The position numbers and the translations under genes are program-made. A stretch of DNA of 64,000 nucleotides from contig PDIP01000003.1 in assembly GCA_002811645.1 (NCBI GenBank), forward strand, positions 310,001 through 374,000. The letters run 5' to 3'. Below are positions 11,908 through 22,035 of this stretch, piece by piece; the first letter of the stretch is position 1; the number at the start of each line of letters is the position of its first letter. The notes beneath the pieces were generated by a model. It did no database searches, was not told where the DNA came from, and worked only from the letters and a program-made list of their open reading frames with translations. The stretch is from Corallochytrium limacisporum Hawaii (taxonomy: Eukaryota; Protista; Pluriformea).

Positions 11908-14145
11908 ATGAGTAGCTCGACAGTCAACATTAAGGACTTCCGGCAGGAAGACTTCGACTGCAAGAAATGGATCAACGCCACTCTAGCAACAGAGGAGGAA
12001 AACAAGGAACAATATGCGCATCGTGTTACATTGAGATTACAGATGCTTACAGCAGAACTCAGCAGAGCCCTCGGAGACGCCACGAAATCATCGCGAAACA
12101 TTGTGGCCCAATCAGCATCAGAAATTGAGAACATCGAACGGGAAACAAAGCAACTGCGGGAGGATGTTAGTACCTACCGAGCGGAATTGGTGCGAATCGA
12201 AGAGAACGCAGGAACGGTCATGTCATCGCTACTGGAACTAGATGAAAGGCGAACTCGGTTACAGGAAGCCTCTGATATACTTGGTCAAGTTCGCCGGTTT
12301 GACAGAACCGTTGAGTCAGCACGGTACATTTTAGACAGCGATGACCCGGATGTGAGTTCGCTTACTGTGGAAATTGAATCACTCAGTGATATTCTGAAGT
12401 CCTTGACTGATGTACTTGACTACGAAGAACGGAAGAAGACCCTTGAAGACATGGAAAATAGTCTAGAGTCGTATCTCAGCACAAAATTGGCCGCAGCCTT
12501 TGGGAACCATGAGGCAGATAGTGCGAAGAAGTATGTTGCATTGTTCAAGAGGCTGGGCCGCCTGCCCAATCTCCATCAGTACTATTATGAGACATCCTTG
12601 AAGGCTTTTCTAGAGCTGTGGGAGATATCACAAGGCGTAGATGCAATCACCAACCTCAAAGAGGTTGATTCATTTCATGACAAGATGGACCAAGCATTGC
12701 GGAAGGAAGTGCCATGGATTCAAGCCGTATTTCCGGAGGACTGGAAGCCTGTTACGTCTGTTTTGATTCAGAAAGTACTTACGAATCGGGAACCATCGTA
12801 CGAGAGCATTCTCCTTACGGCATTTGCCTCTGCGCCCAGTCCAGATGAAGTACTCATTGCCAGCAGGGAGTCCCTAAAGAGCTTTGGTGCGAGTATCGCG
12901 AGCATCATTTATGGAAACGAGGAGTTTGAGGCTAACATTGAGGTCACGAGGAGCATTTACGGACCACTGCAAGACGTACGCCGAGCTTGGCCAGACCGTC
13001 TTCGCAAAACCCTGCGCCTCAAGGTAGTAGATCATGCTCGTCATATGATTGAGCAGTGCGAGCGACCGAGAGCACTTGCAGATCAGTTGAAGAGCAACAC
13101 CGACCGAATGATGACTGCATTCAGGGAAACGCTCTCACAACATGAGAAGATGGCAGCCCCAGAATTGACCGTAAAGGTGCTCAATGCCATCGAGTCTGCA
13201 CTAGAAGACTTCTGCCAGCTTGTTCGGAGGTGCCTAGATGGAAACATGGTCCACAACCCAGAGATTGAGGCCCTCAACAAAGCTGCTGATCGAGAAATCA
13301 TTTTGGAGAGTGCAATGTCTCGTAGTGTTCCCAATTTCATTGATCTATTGCAAGTATCAGCTACTGTTGGGCAGATGATGTTTGATATGGAGGAACTATC
13401 TGAAGAGTTAGAAAAGGTGCAGATTGTGATGGGAGCTACAAGCAATAGCAAAGACTTTGAGACCGCAGTTGAGGCGCCACAGGTCAATTTTGAGGACCAT
13501 GTCAAGATTATGAACGCATCCGTTGGGCGCTTAAATGATTCCGCGCACAAGGCGGCTCTGATTACCGTGGTCGGTCCCTTGGAAGCTTTGCTGGATTCCC
13601 TGCCAGCCCTCCCAGTATGGGCACAAGGAAACTCCTCCGGCGGCACTTCCATAGCTGGAGAATTGCCACGCCTCAATACATCGCCTCAAGAGTATGTGAC
13701 TCTACTGTGCGAACACATTTTGAATTTGCCGCAGCATCTTGAGGGCATCATGAGCATGGAGGAAGAAGAAGATGGAGGAGCGCACTTGGATCTCATGAAG
13801 TCGATGAATTCGGGCCATCTGAAGGAGCAGTCAGGATATTCCGACGTGGTGGACTTGGACGACCTGCCTGGTCTGTGGATTGTGGTCCTGTTGGATTCCA
13901 TCATGGACAAATATTGTGAAGTGATCTTGCAGATCAACAAACTGACCGCGCGCGGCCGCTCACAACTCATAGAGGACATCTCCTATCTCGATCGCATCTT
14001 GTCCGGTCTTGACTTCAACCTGTCGCAGAATCTCTCCGTTATTCAGGAGTGCCTGCGCAATCCGAAGTCACCGGAAGTGCCTTCCGATGCATCGCAGGAG
14101 GTGAAGGATCTCGCCAAACAGATGCAACAGCGCATTGTTAGCTAA
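11908..14145 (+). CDS. COG7: Conserved oligomeric Golgi complex subunit 7
   Basis: N-terminal FRQEDFDCKKWINA..LRLQ, coiled coil, C-terminal PQEYVT..EHILNLPQHLE and QLIEDISYL. Confidence 0.85.
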   Translation: MSSSTVNIKDFRQEDFDCKKWINATLATEEENKEQYAHRVTLRLQMLTAELSRALGDATKSSRNIVAQSASEIENIERETKQLREDVSTYRAELVRIEENAGTVMSSLLELDERRTRLQEASDILGQVRRFDRTVESARYILDSDDPDVSSLTVEIESLSDILKSLTDVLDYEERKKTLEDMENSLESYLSTKLAAAFGNHEADSAKKYVALFKRLGRLPNLHQYYYETSLKAFLELWEISQGVDAITNLKEVDSFHDKMDQALRKEVPWIQAVFPEDWKPVTSVLIQKVLTNREPSYESILLTAFASAPSPDEVLIASRESLKSFGASIASIIYGNEEFEANIEVTRSIYGPLQDVRRAWPDRLRKTLRLKVVDHARHMIEQCERPRALADQLKSNTDRMMTAFRETLSQHEKMAAPELTVKVLNAIESALEDFCQLVRRCLDGNMVHNPEIEALNKAADREIILESAMSRSVPNFIDLLQVSATVGQMMFDMEELSEELEKVQIVMGATSNSKDFETAVEAPQVNFEDHVKIMNASVGRLNDSAHKAALITVVGPLEALLDSLPALPVWAQGNSSGGTSIAGELPRLNTSPQEYVTLLCEHILNLPQHLEGIMSMEEEEDGGAHLDLMKSMNSGHLKEQSGYSDVVDLDDLPGLWIVVLLDSIMDKYCEVILQINKLTARGRSQLIEDISYLDRILSGLDFNLSQNLSVIQECLRNPKSPEVPSDASQEVKDLAKQMQQRIVS

Positions 14146-14429
14146 GACAAATAGAACCCTTTCTGCACATTAGAGTGCTACAGTCGTGTGAGCTGCAGAT
14201 CCTTGTGTGCAGGTGGAGGACGGGGAGAACCCCCCCCCCTTTTCTCTCGACAGATTTTCGCGCCAACGGTTTGAAACAGGGAGACACCCGTCACCGAGCC
14301 GATCGCTGGATATATGTAAGGCTTACGATGAATAAGGTAGTCGAAACGCCAGTGAGGATGGTCAGTGTAGGAATTGAATCTAAAGCCATGGAAATAGACA
14401 AATAAATTAGACGAATCCAGGTTGCAATC

Positions 14430-15434
14430 ATGGTCCGCACAAGAGCATGCCAGGTGACTGGTGACGACTCAAAACAGCGAAAACTCAACAAGATCGAGAA
14501 AATTGAAGAGAGGCGCCAGAGAGCTAAGCCAGTCGAAGTCTTGGTTGAGCGAACGCAAAGGGGGAATGAACTATCTGACTATGAGCAACAGCGGTTAGCA
14601 AACATCCAGAAGAACAAAGAGCTCCTGGAAACGCTGGGAGTCGCGAGCAGCATCGCCTCTGTGGTGAAGGCGGAGGATACGGAAAACAAACCACCGGTTG
14701 CCAAGAGAGCACCCCGGCTCAGAGCTCCTCGACATACCAAGGTTCCCAGCAGACCAAAGCGCCTGACACGCAGAGCAAGAGCAGCAGCGTTGGCTAGAGG
14801 AGAGACCTTGGACGGCAGCCTCGGGACTGTCCCTGCTGAGGATTCGAAGCTGGAAGAAGGACTTGAGGACGATACCCCTGGCTTGCAGACCTGTGAAGAA
14901 TATTTCAAAGACATCGAGCTCCAGAAGGAGCCTATCCGTGTCAAGGGCTACTATGAGGGGTGGATCAGTGAGGAAGTACAAAAGCAATTTGGGATCGGCA
15001 GCAGTTCCACAGAGTGTTGGGAAAGCCAGGGCGGTGGAAAGTTCTCTTTCAAGAACATTGCGGGAGACGGGATCAAGATTAATATGCGCTCAAAACCTTC
15101 TGGTTGGTCATCCATCAAATTTGTTTCCTCAAAACTCCTGAAAAAGAACCCCAATGCTTATTTCTACCGCCACTGCGCACCTGGCGTGCAGCAGTGGAAT
15201 GGCAATTGGAGTGACGAAGAGGTCGATCTGTTCTGTACCACCGCACGGAAGTATGGGGCTGGAGACAAGTGGGGACTCTTTGCCACGCATATCCCCCATC
15301 GTGTGGGCTACCAGTGCGCAAACTTTTATCGGCAGGTGATTCTGCCTAGTGGGCTGATTTTTGATCCCACATACAACCTTAACGGTCGCGGAGAGGCTGT
15401 TTATGTCGGTCGTAATCAGAAGGTAAAGGAGTAA
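14430..15434 (+). CDS. Myb/SANT-like domain protein
   Basis: KKNPNAYFYRH..W.GNWSDEEVDLF..KWGLFATHIPHRVGYQCANFYR Myb-like repeat; N-terminal LSDYEQQRLANIQKNKELLETLG helix. Confidence 0.8.
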   Translation: MVRTRACQVTGDDSKQRKLNKIEKIEERRQRAKPVEVLVERTQRGNELSDYEQQRLANIQKNKELLETLGVASSIASVVKAEDTENKPPVAKRAPRLRAPRHTKVPSRPKRLTRRARAAALARGETLDGSLGTVPAEDSKLEEGLEDDTPGLQTCEEYFKDIELQKEPIRVKGYYEGWISEEVQKQFGIGSSSTECWESQGGGKFSFKNIAGDGIKINMRSKPSGWSSIKFVSSKLLKKNPNAYFYRHCAPGVQQWNGNWSDEEVDLFCTTARKYGAGDKWGLFATHIPHRVGYQCANFYRQVILPSGLIFDPTYNLNGRGEAVYVGRNQKVKE

Positions 15435-15543
15435 AGGAGGAATCTGAGACACCCATATGCAAGTAATCAACAATCGTCGTATCAGCTAAACACATAGTCT
15501 TATGGTTCTTTAACTTCCTGAGGAAACATTTCTCACCTCTACC

Positions 15544-16025
15544 TCATGTTCGGGTGAGACAAATGCTTGCTACCTTTGGCGGCCATGCCTTCAACACATT
15601 ATCGTCCCCTTCTTCTGCCTGCTGTGCTCTGTCATCGGTGTCGGAGGTCTTGCTTTCGCTCTTTCCATCATCAAAGTAGCCGGGCAGGTAGCGAGGTCCG
15701 GCTTTACGCATGTGTAAGACCTTGGCCGCAGCTGAGGAAGTGTGGAAAGCGCGGGGAGCGAGATCCTTGCCGCCTTCGCGGAGCATTTCAACGATGGCAT
15801 CGTTTTGAGCTTCCCTGGCTGATGAAGCAGGTACTTTGGGATGATGCAGATGTGCTCAAAGATGATAAAGATCCAGAAACGCGCAGTTTCAACGTGTGTT
15901 TCTGCAGTTTTGTCGGCAAACCGTGAACTTAAGGCCAGAACGACCCCATTGGTAAACATGGACATATAGGTGATCGTATGCAAGATGATAAGCGGGCTAC
16001 CAATGCCGGCGATACAGAGAGGAAC
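15544..16025 (-). pseudogene. Anoctamin/TMEM16 C-terminal fragment with frameshift
   Basis: VPLCIAGIGSPLIILHTITYMSMFTNGVVLALSS..RFWIFIIFEHICIIPKYLL matches the last two anoctamin TMs (IG.W..IL...TN; F.IFEH..K); in-frame stop just upstream; tail appears to continue in another frame. Confidence 0.65.
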
Positions 16026-16814
16026 CTGTGTGCGTTAGTCCCCCCTCCCTCGCGCAGAGGGGCGGGGTTGGACTGGACTGCCTTTGAATTTAATGAAGTT
16101 TTAGGGAGTTCAGTTAAAATACTCTCTCGTTTTGCACATACGTGCTGTGGTATCTTCGAAAAATCACCAGGTGACCCAGTGGAGCGCAAGGGGAACAAGT
16201 TGGTGAAGGACACTCATTGTACGCGAACTCTAAAGCTTTCCCCCCAACACAGCGCGGTCAAGGAAAAGAGAGACAGGCCTGCATTGGAAAGGGAAAACAA
16301 TGACAGCGCCGGTGCTTTCTCGCAGTTCAAATCAATAGCGCCAATCCGGCCTGAGGGAACAACAAATGGGGCACCCAAACCCCCCCCCCCGGGCGGCAAA
16401 TGAGGGAGACGGCCAGCCAAAGAAAAAAGCCATACAAAAGCCATACAATGTGTGCCTCACTGCGTTCGGGCGCGGGACTACGGCGCAGCAAGGAACAGAA
16501 TCGTTCTGGAGAGGGGAACTGCGTGCTGTGATGTGGCAGAGGAGCCCTGCAAGGAGGACGGAGACGGTATCGAACAATCGCATTGGGATGGAAAGACTTT
16601 GCCTGCCGTTGGTCTCTTTCGGGGTTGCAAAGACTGGTGAAAATGACAGTGGTGCGCAGTAGAAACCAACATAAGCGGATCAGGAAAGCTACTTACAAAA
16701 TAATACGGGGTAATGTAACGGTGGCGAGGTGGAAAAGTGATCAAGTATCACGGGTGATATTCAACGAGAGACTGAACAGGCAATTTAGGTTTGAAATACT
16801 TCACCACTATCACA

Positions 16815-17429
16815 ATGAGTATTATGCAATATAATGGTGCCGCCATTGTCGCAATGGTTGGTAAGGACTGTGTGGCGATTGCCGCAGATCGTCGCCTGGG
16901 TCAGCAGGCGATGACTGTCAGCTGTGATTTCAAGAAGATTTTCCAGATGGGTGACCGCCTATTCATTGGTTTAGCTGGATTGGCCACCGACGTGCAGACT
17001 GTAGCAAGCCGCTTGGAATTCCGCACAAACATGTTCCGTCTTCGGGAGGAGCGCGATATTAAGCCCAAGACTTTCATGAACATGGTAGCCAACATGCTCT
17101 ACGAACGCCGCTTCGGACCGTATTTCATTGAGCCTGTTTTTGCTGGACTAGACCCGAAGGAGGGACCCTTCATTGCCAGCTGTGATCTGATTGGATGCCC
17201 CATGGTCACTGATAGCTTTGTTGTATGTGGAACAGCAGATGAACAGCTGTACGGTATGTGCGAAAGTCTATGGGAGCCCGACATGGAGCCCGATCAGCTC
17301 TTCGAATGCATTTCTCAAGCTTTATTGAACGCTGTTGACCGCGATGCGCTTGCCGGTTGGGGTGCTGTCGTGCATGTTATTACCAAGGACGAAGTTATCA
17401 CAAAGACACTCAAGGGACGTATGGACTAA
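16815..17429 (+). CDS. PSMB3: 20S proteasome subunit beta type-3
   Basis: [29 protein letters not shown]...[10 protein letters not shown]...LKGRMD; true ATG at 16815 (track start is a TTG extension). Confidence 0.97.
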   Translation: MSIMQYNGAAIVAMVGKDCVAIAADRRLGQQAMTVSCDFKKIFQMGDRLFIGLAGLATDVQTVASRLEFRTNMFRLREERDIKPKTFMNMVANMLYERRFGPYFIEPVFAGLDPKEGPFIASCDLIGCPMVTDSFVVCGTADEQLYGMCESLWEPDMEPDQLFECISQALLNAVDRDALAGWGAVVHVITKDEVITKTLKGRMD

Positions 17430-17547
17430 ACCGTAAAACGGTTAGCACTAAATGGCCAATTGAATAAAGGTGCCCAACGGGCATATATAGATGATATGTA
17501 ATCATAAACGATGTCTTTCCCTTCTGTAATTTTCGCCACGTAGAATA

Positions 17548-17980
17548 TCACAAGCCTCCAAACAAGACTGCGCCGAAGATCGTGAAGGTAAACAACAGGA
17601 ACGATGGTGCCGCGAAGAAGCCAAATATATACCAGTAGTCTTGGTAGGCAAATGACTCTAGAGTCAAGAGGGAGAGAGCAATCGCTGCACCAGAGTGCAG
17701 CAGGATTTCTACGACTCCGAGAACCTTTGAGAACATTGTGTACCCAAACATGAACGCCAAAGTCTGTGCAGACACCATGGACAGTGCTATTGCGACTGCC
17801 GTCTTCAATTCTGCTTCAGCGCTGTCAAGCTGACTCGATGTGGGGTTCGACGGAAGTCCGGCGTCCAAGTTCGGTTGGTTTTCCCATATTAGATTGATTA
17901 AGAGCACAATATGTGCAACGTGCGCTAGAAAGCGCGTCGGAATTGCAGTGTCTCCCTTCGTGGGCTCTGTTTCCGTAGTT
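17548..17980 (-). CDS. TMEM107: TMEM107-like 4-TM ciliary transition-zone protein; start codon unresolved
   Basis: IPTRFLAHVAHIVLLINLIW..N..A.LP..., FMFGYTMF, LHSGAAIALS, YWYIFGFFAAP; frame extends beyond the track ORF but hits TGA with no ATG. Confidence 0.75.
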
Positions 17981-18046
17981 CATTCGATGGAGGCGCTGCG
18001 GATCTTTATCACTCTACAGGCATTCTTTTCGTTCCCTCTTGTTCGG

Positions 18047-18079
18047 CAGATACAGCGATCTGTCAGATACACGATCTGT
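18047..18079. repeat. Short tandem duplication, each unit self-complementary
   Basis: cagatacagcgatctgt + cagatacacgatctgt. Confidence 0.7.
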
Positions 18080-18584
18080 TAAATTTTGAATGCTCATTTA
18101 GCCTTTACGCACCTGTACAGAACACATCTTCAACGGCTATCTCATGTGGGCACAAGCTTAAGTTCAGATCAGGGGCTTAGGTCCCCGCCCGAACGAGTTC
18201 CCAAAAAGCGGGTCATCAGGGCACCGTGACATAGCGACGGGGACGTTCAACATATAGTAAATGTATCGAAAAAAAATAAAAACATATACGGGATTTTTTA
18301 TTCAGCTGTGGCTGTGACCCCTCGCGCGAAGTGTGGGGTCCTTTGCGTGCGCTTGGCACGCAAACGGCGAGGCGCAGGTACGGTGTCGGCAACTGACAGT
18401 GTGGCTAGTTGAAGTGATGATTGCCTCTTCCATAAATGTTTCGGGATGTCCAAGTCTGCCATTATTGTTCACAGTATGATCTTAATTTTTGGTAATTCTC
18501 TGCTAGAGAAACTGATGAAATGTGATCTGTCACATGAAACCACATAACACGTTCTGAATTAGACAAACGGACACATTCCAAAAC

Positions 18585-20723
18585 ATGGTAGCCGCAGCCA
18601 ACGATCCCGCTGTTGAAGAGGATGTTAATGCTGAATTCTCTGTGGGGGATCAGATGATCTTTACCCCACTGGGCTCGGGTCAGGAAGTAGGTCGGTCATG
18701 TCACATCCTCAGCTTCAAAGGGAAAACAATTATGCTGGACTGTGGCATCCACCCGGGCATGAACGGTATTGCTGCCATGCCTTATTTTGACGAAGTCGAT
18801 CCAGCCAAGGTTGACCTTGTCCTTATTACACATTTTCATTTGGATCACATGGCCAGCCTACCGTACTTTATGGAAAAGACTACTTTTAAGGGCCGGGTAT
18901 TTATGACTCATCCCACCAAGGCCATCTACAAATGGCTCTTGGCTGATTACGTCCGGGTCTCTAATATTAGTGCTGAAAACCAACTGTACACAGAGAAAGA
19001 CTTGGATCGGTCACTGGAGCGGATAGAAGCCATCAATTTCCACGAAGAGGTAGAAGCAGCTGGGGTGCGCTTTTGTGCCTTCAATGCGGGACATGTCTTG
19101 GGAGCTGCCATGTTCATGATTGAGATTGCCGGTGTTAAAATCCTCTACACTGGTGATTACAGTCGAGAGGAAGATCGGCATTTGATGGCGGCAGAGATTC
19201 CCACGGGCAAGCCAGACGTTCTGATTGTCGAGGCTACATATGGTGTGCAGATCCATGAACCTCGTCTCGATCGGGAACATCGTTTTACTGGCACCGTCCA
19301 TGACATCATCCAACGCGGCGGTAGATGTTTGATGCCTGTCTTTGCTCTCGGTCGTGCACAAGAGCTGCTACTCATCTTGGATGAGTACTGGGAGCAGCAT
19401 CCAGAACTGCAGAATGTACCCATTTACTATGCATCTGCACTAGCAAAGAAGTGTATGGCTGTGTACCAGACCTATATCAATATGATGAATGCCCGAATCC
19501 GTCGACAATTTGCTACATCCAACCCCTTCATCTTTAAGCACATTTCAAGTCTCAGAGGTATGGACAGCTTTGACGATGTGGGCCCGGCGGTGGTTATGGC
19601 ATCTCCGGGAATGTTGCAAAGCGGTATGAGCAGAGACCTCTTCGAAATGTGGTGTTCTGATCGAAACAATGGTGTCATCGTCGCAGGTTACGCTGTGGAG
19701 GGAACGCTGGCGAAGCACATCATGACACAACCGCCCGAGATTGTGTCTCTGCTCGGTAACAAGCTGCCGCTGCGCATGTCAGTCACCACTGTGTCATTCA
19801 GTGCACACGCAGATTTCCCGCAGACCAGCCAGTTCATTGAGGAATTGCTACCCAATCATGTCATTCTTGTCCACGGTGAGCAGAATGAGATGCGTCGATT
19901 GAAACAGGCTCTGGTGCGCAAGTATGACGAGCGTACTGATGTCAAAATGGCCGTGTACAATCCAAAAAACACGGATGCTGTCAAGCTGTATTTCCGCGGT
20001 GAAAAATTGGCCAAAGCAATCGGTAGGATCGCTGAAACTGCACCGAAGCATGGACAACACTTGTCCGGCCTGCTGGTGAACCAGGGATTCAACTACCGTC
20101 TCATGGAGCCTTCGGATCTGCGCGAATTTTCAGATTTCACTACCTCCGAGATCTACCAAAGACTCGCTATTCCGTGCAAGGCACAATTCCAGCTCATTAC
20201 CGACTACCTGGAAACTATGTATGGCAATGTGGAGCAAATAGGGAAGGAACATTTACAGGTGTTTGGCATACTAGACATTGCCCGCAACAGTGATGACAGT
20301 GTCAAGCTCGAGTGGGTTTCCAATGCGGTTAATGACATGATTGCGGACTCCGTAGCCGCGGTGATTCTTCAGCTTGAGTCCCATCCATCAATGGTAAAGC
20401 TAGTGCACCAACCATGTCAACATCATCATCACGTTGAAACTAAGGAACCCTTGAAGAAGAAAGCGAAAAAGGAGACAGCTTCGTCATCTTTGGAACCCGC
20501 GATGAAGGCGAAGATCCTGAGTGTGTTGGAAAGCAAATACGGTGCCATTCACCGTAAGAAGAAGGGTAAGTCTGAGACCCTTACCCTTGAGATTGACGAC
20601 ATGAGTGCAACTATCGACGGCTCCACACTCGAAGTCACGGATGGCAACAACGATCCTTTTGAGAAGGCAATCAAGCAGACCATCTTGGAGACCAAAAAAT
20701 TCTTGGCAGATGCTAGAGTGTAG
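18585..20723 (+). CDS. CPSF3: Cleavage and polyadenylation specificity factor 73 kDa endonuclease
   Basis: [29 protein letters not shown], beta-[30 protein letters not shown]73 C-terminal domain. Confidence 0.97.
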   Translation: MVAAANDPAVEEDVNAEFSVGDQMIFTPLGSGQEVGRSCHILSFKGKTIMLDCGIHPGMNGIAAMPYFDEVDPAKVDLVLITHFHLDHMASLPYFMEKTTFKGRVFMTHPTKAIYKWLLADYVRVSNISAENQLYTEKDLDRSLERIEAINFHEEVEAAGVRFCAFNAGHVLGAAMFMIEIAGVKILYTGDYSREEDRHLMAAEIPTGKPDVLIVEATYGVQIHEPRLDREHRFTGTVHDIIQRGGRCLMPVFALGRAQELLLILDEYWEQHPELQNVPIYYASALAKKCMAVYQTYINMMNARIRRQFATSNPFIFKHISSLRGMDSFDDVGPAVVMASPGMLQSGMSRDLFEMWCSDRNNGVIVAGYAVEGTLAKHIMTQPPEIVSLLGNKLPLRMSVTTVSFSAHADFPQTSQFIEELLPNHVILVHGEQNEMRRLKQALVRKYDERTDVKMAVYNPKNTDAVKLYFRGEKLAKAIGRIAETAPKHGQHLSGLLVNQGFNYRLMEPSDLREFSDFTTSEIYQRLAIPCKAQFQLITDYLETMYGNVEQIGKEHLQVFGILDIARNSDDSVKLEWVSNAVNDMIADSVAAVILQLESHPSMVKLVHQPCQHHHHVETKEPLKKKAKKETASSSLEPAMKAKILSVLESKYGAIHRKKKGKSETLTLEIDDMSATIDGSTLEVTDGNNDPFEKAIKQTILETKKFLADARV

Positions 20724-20838
20724 TAGAAAAGATGTCTTTTAAACCAATTAGCTACTTGTATTTAAAACAGTAATAATACTAGAACAATCACAGGAAAAAA
20801 TGATGTTAGTAAGAGGTCAATCCAACGTCTCCCACTGT

Positions 20839-22035
20839 CTACTTCATCGCTTGAACACGTTCCTTAGCGACATTTGAGAGGCAGTTGTACACAAAGTTCC
20901 GGACCATCTTTTCCAGGTGGTATGGTCCACGGTTAAAGTCGGGACCGCCAACGTTCTGCACGTCCATTTCTTGAGCCCCGTTGGCCTTCTGCCAAAAGCA
21001 CAGCAGAGTACCATGGTCAGGCTGCAACGTAATACCCACGCGGCGACGAATACCTTCCATAGCATCTCCGGTTTCCTCTTCATTGATGAAGCCATACATC
21101 TCGTCGCCGATGTCGGAAAGGACGGAGGAACACGCAGATGCCATCTTTGCTGCGGCAGGCAGGGATAGGTCCTGCACCAAAGCCACAAAGGTTGTATGGC
21201 TCGGCAAAAGGAGCTCCAGCGTCTCTGGCTGTAGCTTTGGAATCCAGGAACTATAGTTCGGATACAAGAGACCAGCAGGGTCATCAATCAGATGTTGAGT
21301 CTCTATGCGTCCCAGTCGCTTGCCTACTCCAGAGGTAATAACCACACTATGCGCTCCGACTGGTCGCTGTTCAGACGATCTGACAGCTCTGATCGGACCC
21401 CCGTCTTCCAGGCTCTGCCAATTCCAGTGCATGCCATGAGGTAGCACCTTCCAGTCATGTGGGACAGCACCAAATACTCCTTCCCAGCGCTCAGGGTAGC
21501 GCCGCTTAAATTTTTGTCGTGATCTACGACCTCCACCTCCAGTCCATCCAGTCATACTATCCTTCTGTAATCCGCTCAGGTTAATCTGTCCCGAAGTCGG
21601 TCTGATCCCGTTCACGGTGCCGTCTGGTGCGCTAACATCGATCAAAATGTTCTCGATTTTCATAGCTGGATTGCGCGCCCGCACGCTCTGCAAATATTCT
21701 CCTAAGACTTCGACAAAGTGACCCGCACCGTCCTTGTCCGACATGTCCACAAGGACATAGTTCACGTAGTTACAATTTGTTATGGACGATGCTAAAACTG
21801 CGGACCGTCCATCCGCTGTCAACAGGGCTCCACTCTTAATCACATCTGTAACTTTCGCAGTGGGTGCCGAAGGCTTAGACACCGACCTTGTAGTCCCAGT
21901 ACCGTCCCGACCCTCGACCATGGTACCTGGGTAGTGGCTGCCGGCCACATAGCGCTTCTGCACTGCATTCCATATCTGACGTTGGGTCTGCGGCGGTCTT
22001 ATGCGCAGCAGAGCAGCTGCGTACACGGTTAACAT
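20839..22035 (-). CDS. Hypothetical protein, probable mitochondrial presequence; possibly a degenerate metallo-beta-lactamase fold
   Basis: 398-aa ORF with ATG in good context, basic N-terminus lacking acidic residues; weak MBL-like spacing (VLVD, IENILID, LLLPSH). Confidence 0.7.
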   Translation of the reverse strand: MLTVYAAALLRIRPPQTQRQIWNAVQKRYVAGSHYPGTMVEGRDGTGTTRSVSKPSAPTAKVTDVIKSGALLTADGRSAVLASSITNCNYVNYVLVDMSDKDGAGHFVEVLGEYLQSVRARNPAMKIENILIDVSAPDGTVNGIRPTSGQINLSGLQKDSMTGWTGGGGRRSRQKFKRRYPERWEGVFGAVPHDWKVLPHGMHWNWQSLEDGGPIRAVRSSEQRPVGAHSVVITSGVGKRLGRIETQHLIDDPAGLLYPNYSSWIPKLQPETLELLLPSHTTFVALVQDLSLPAAAKMASACSSVLSDIGDEMYGFINEEETGDAMEGIRRRVGITLQPDHGTLLCFWQKANGAQEMDVQNVGGPDFNRGPYHLEKMVRNFVYNCLSNVAKERVQAMK

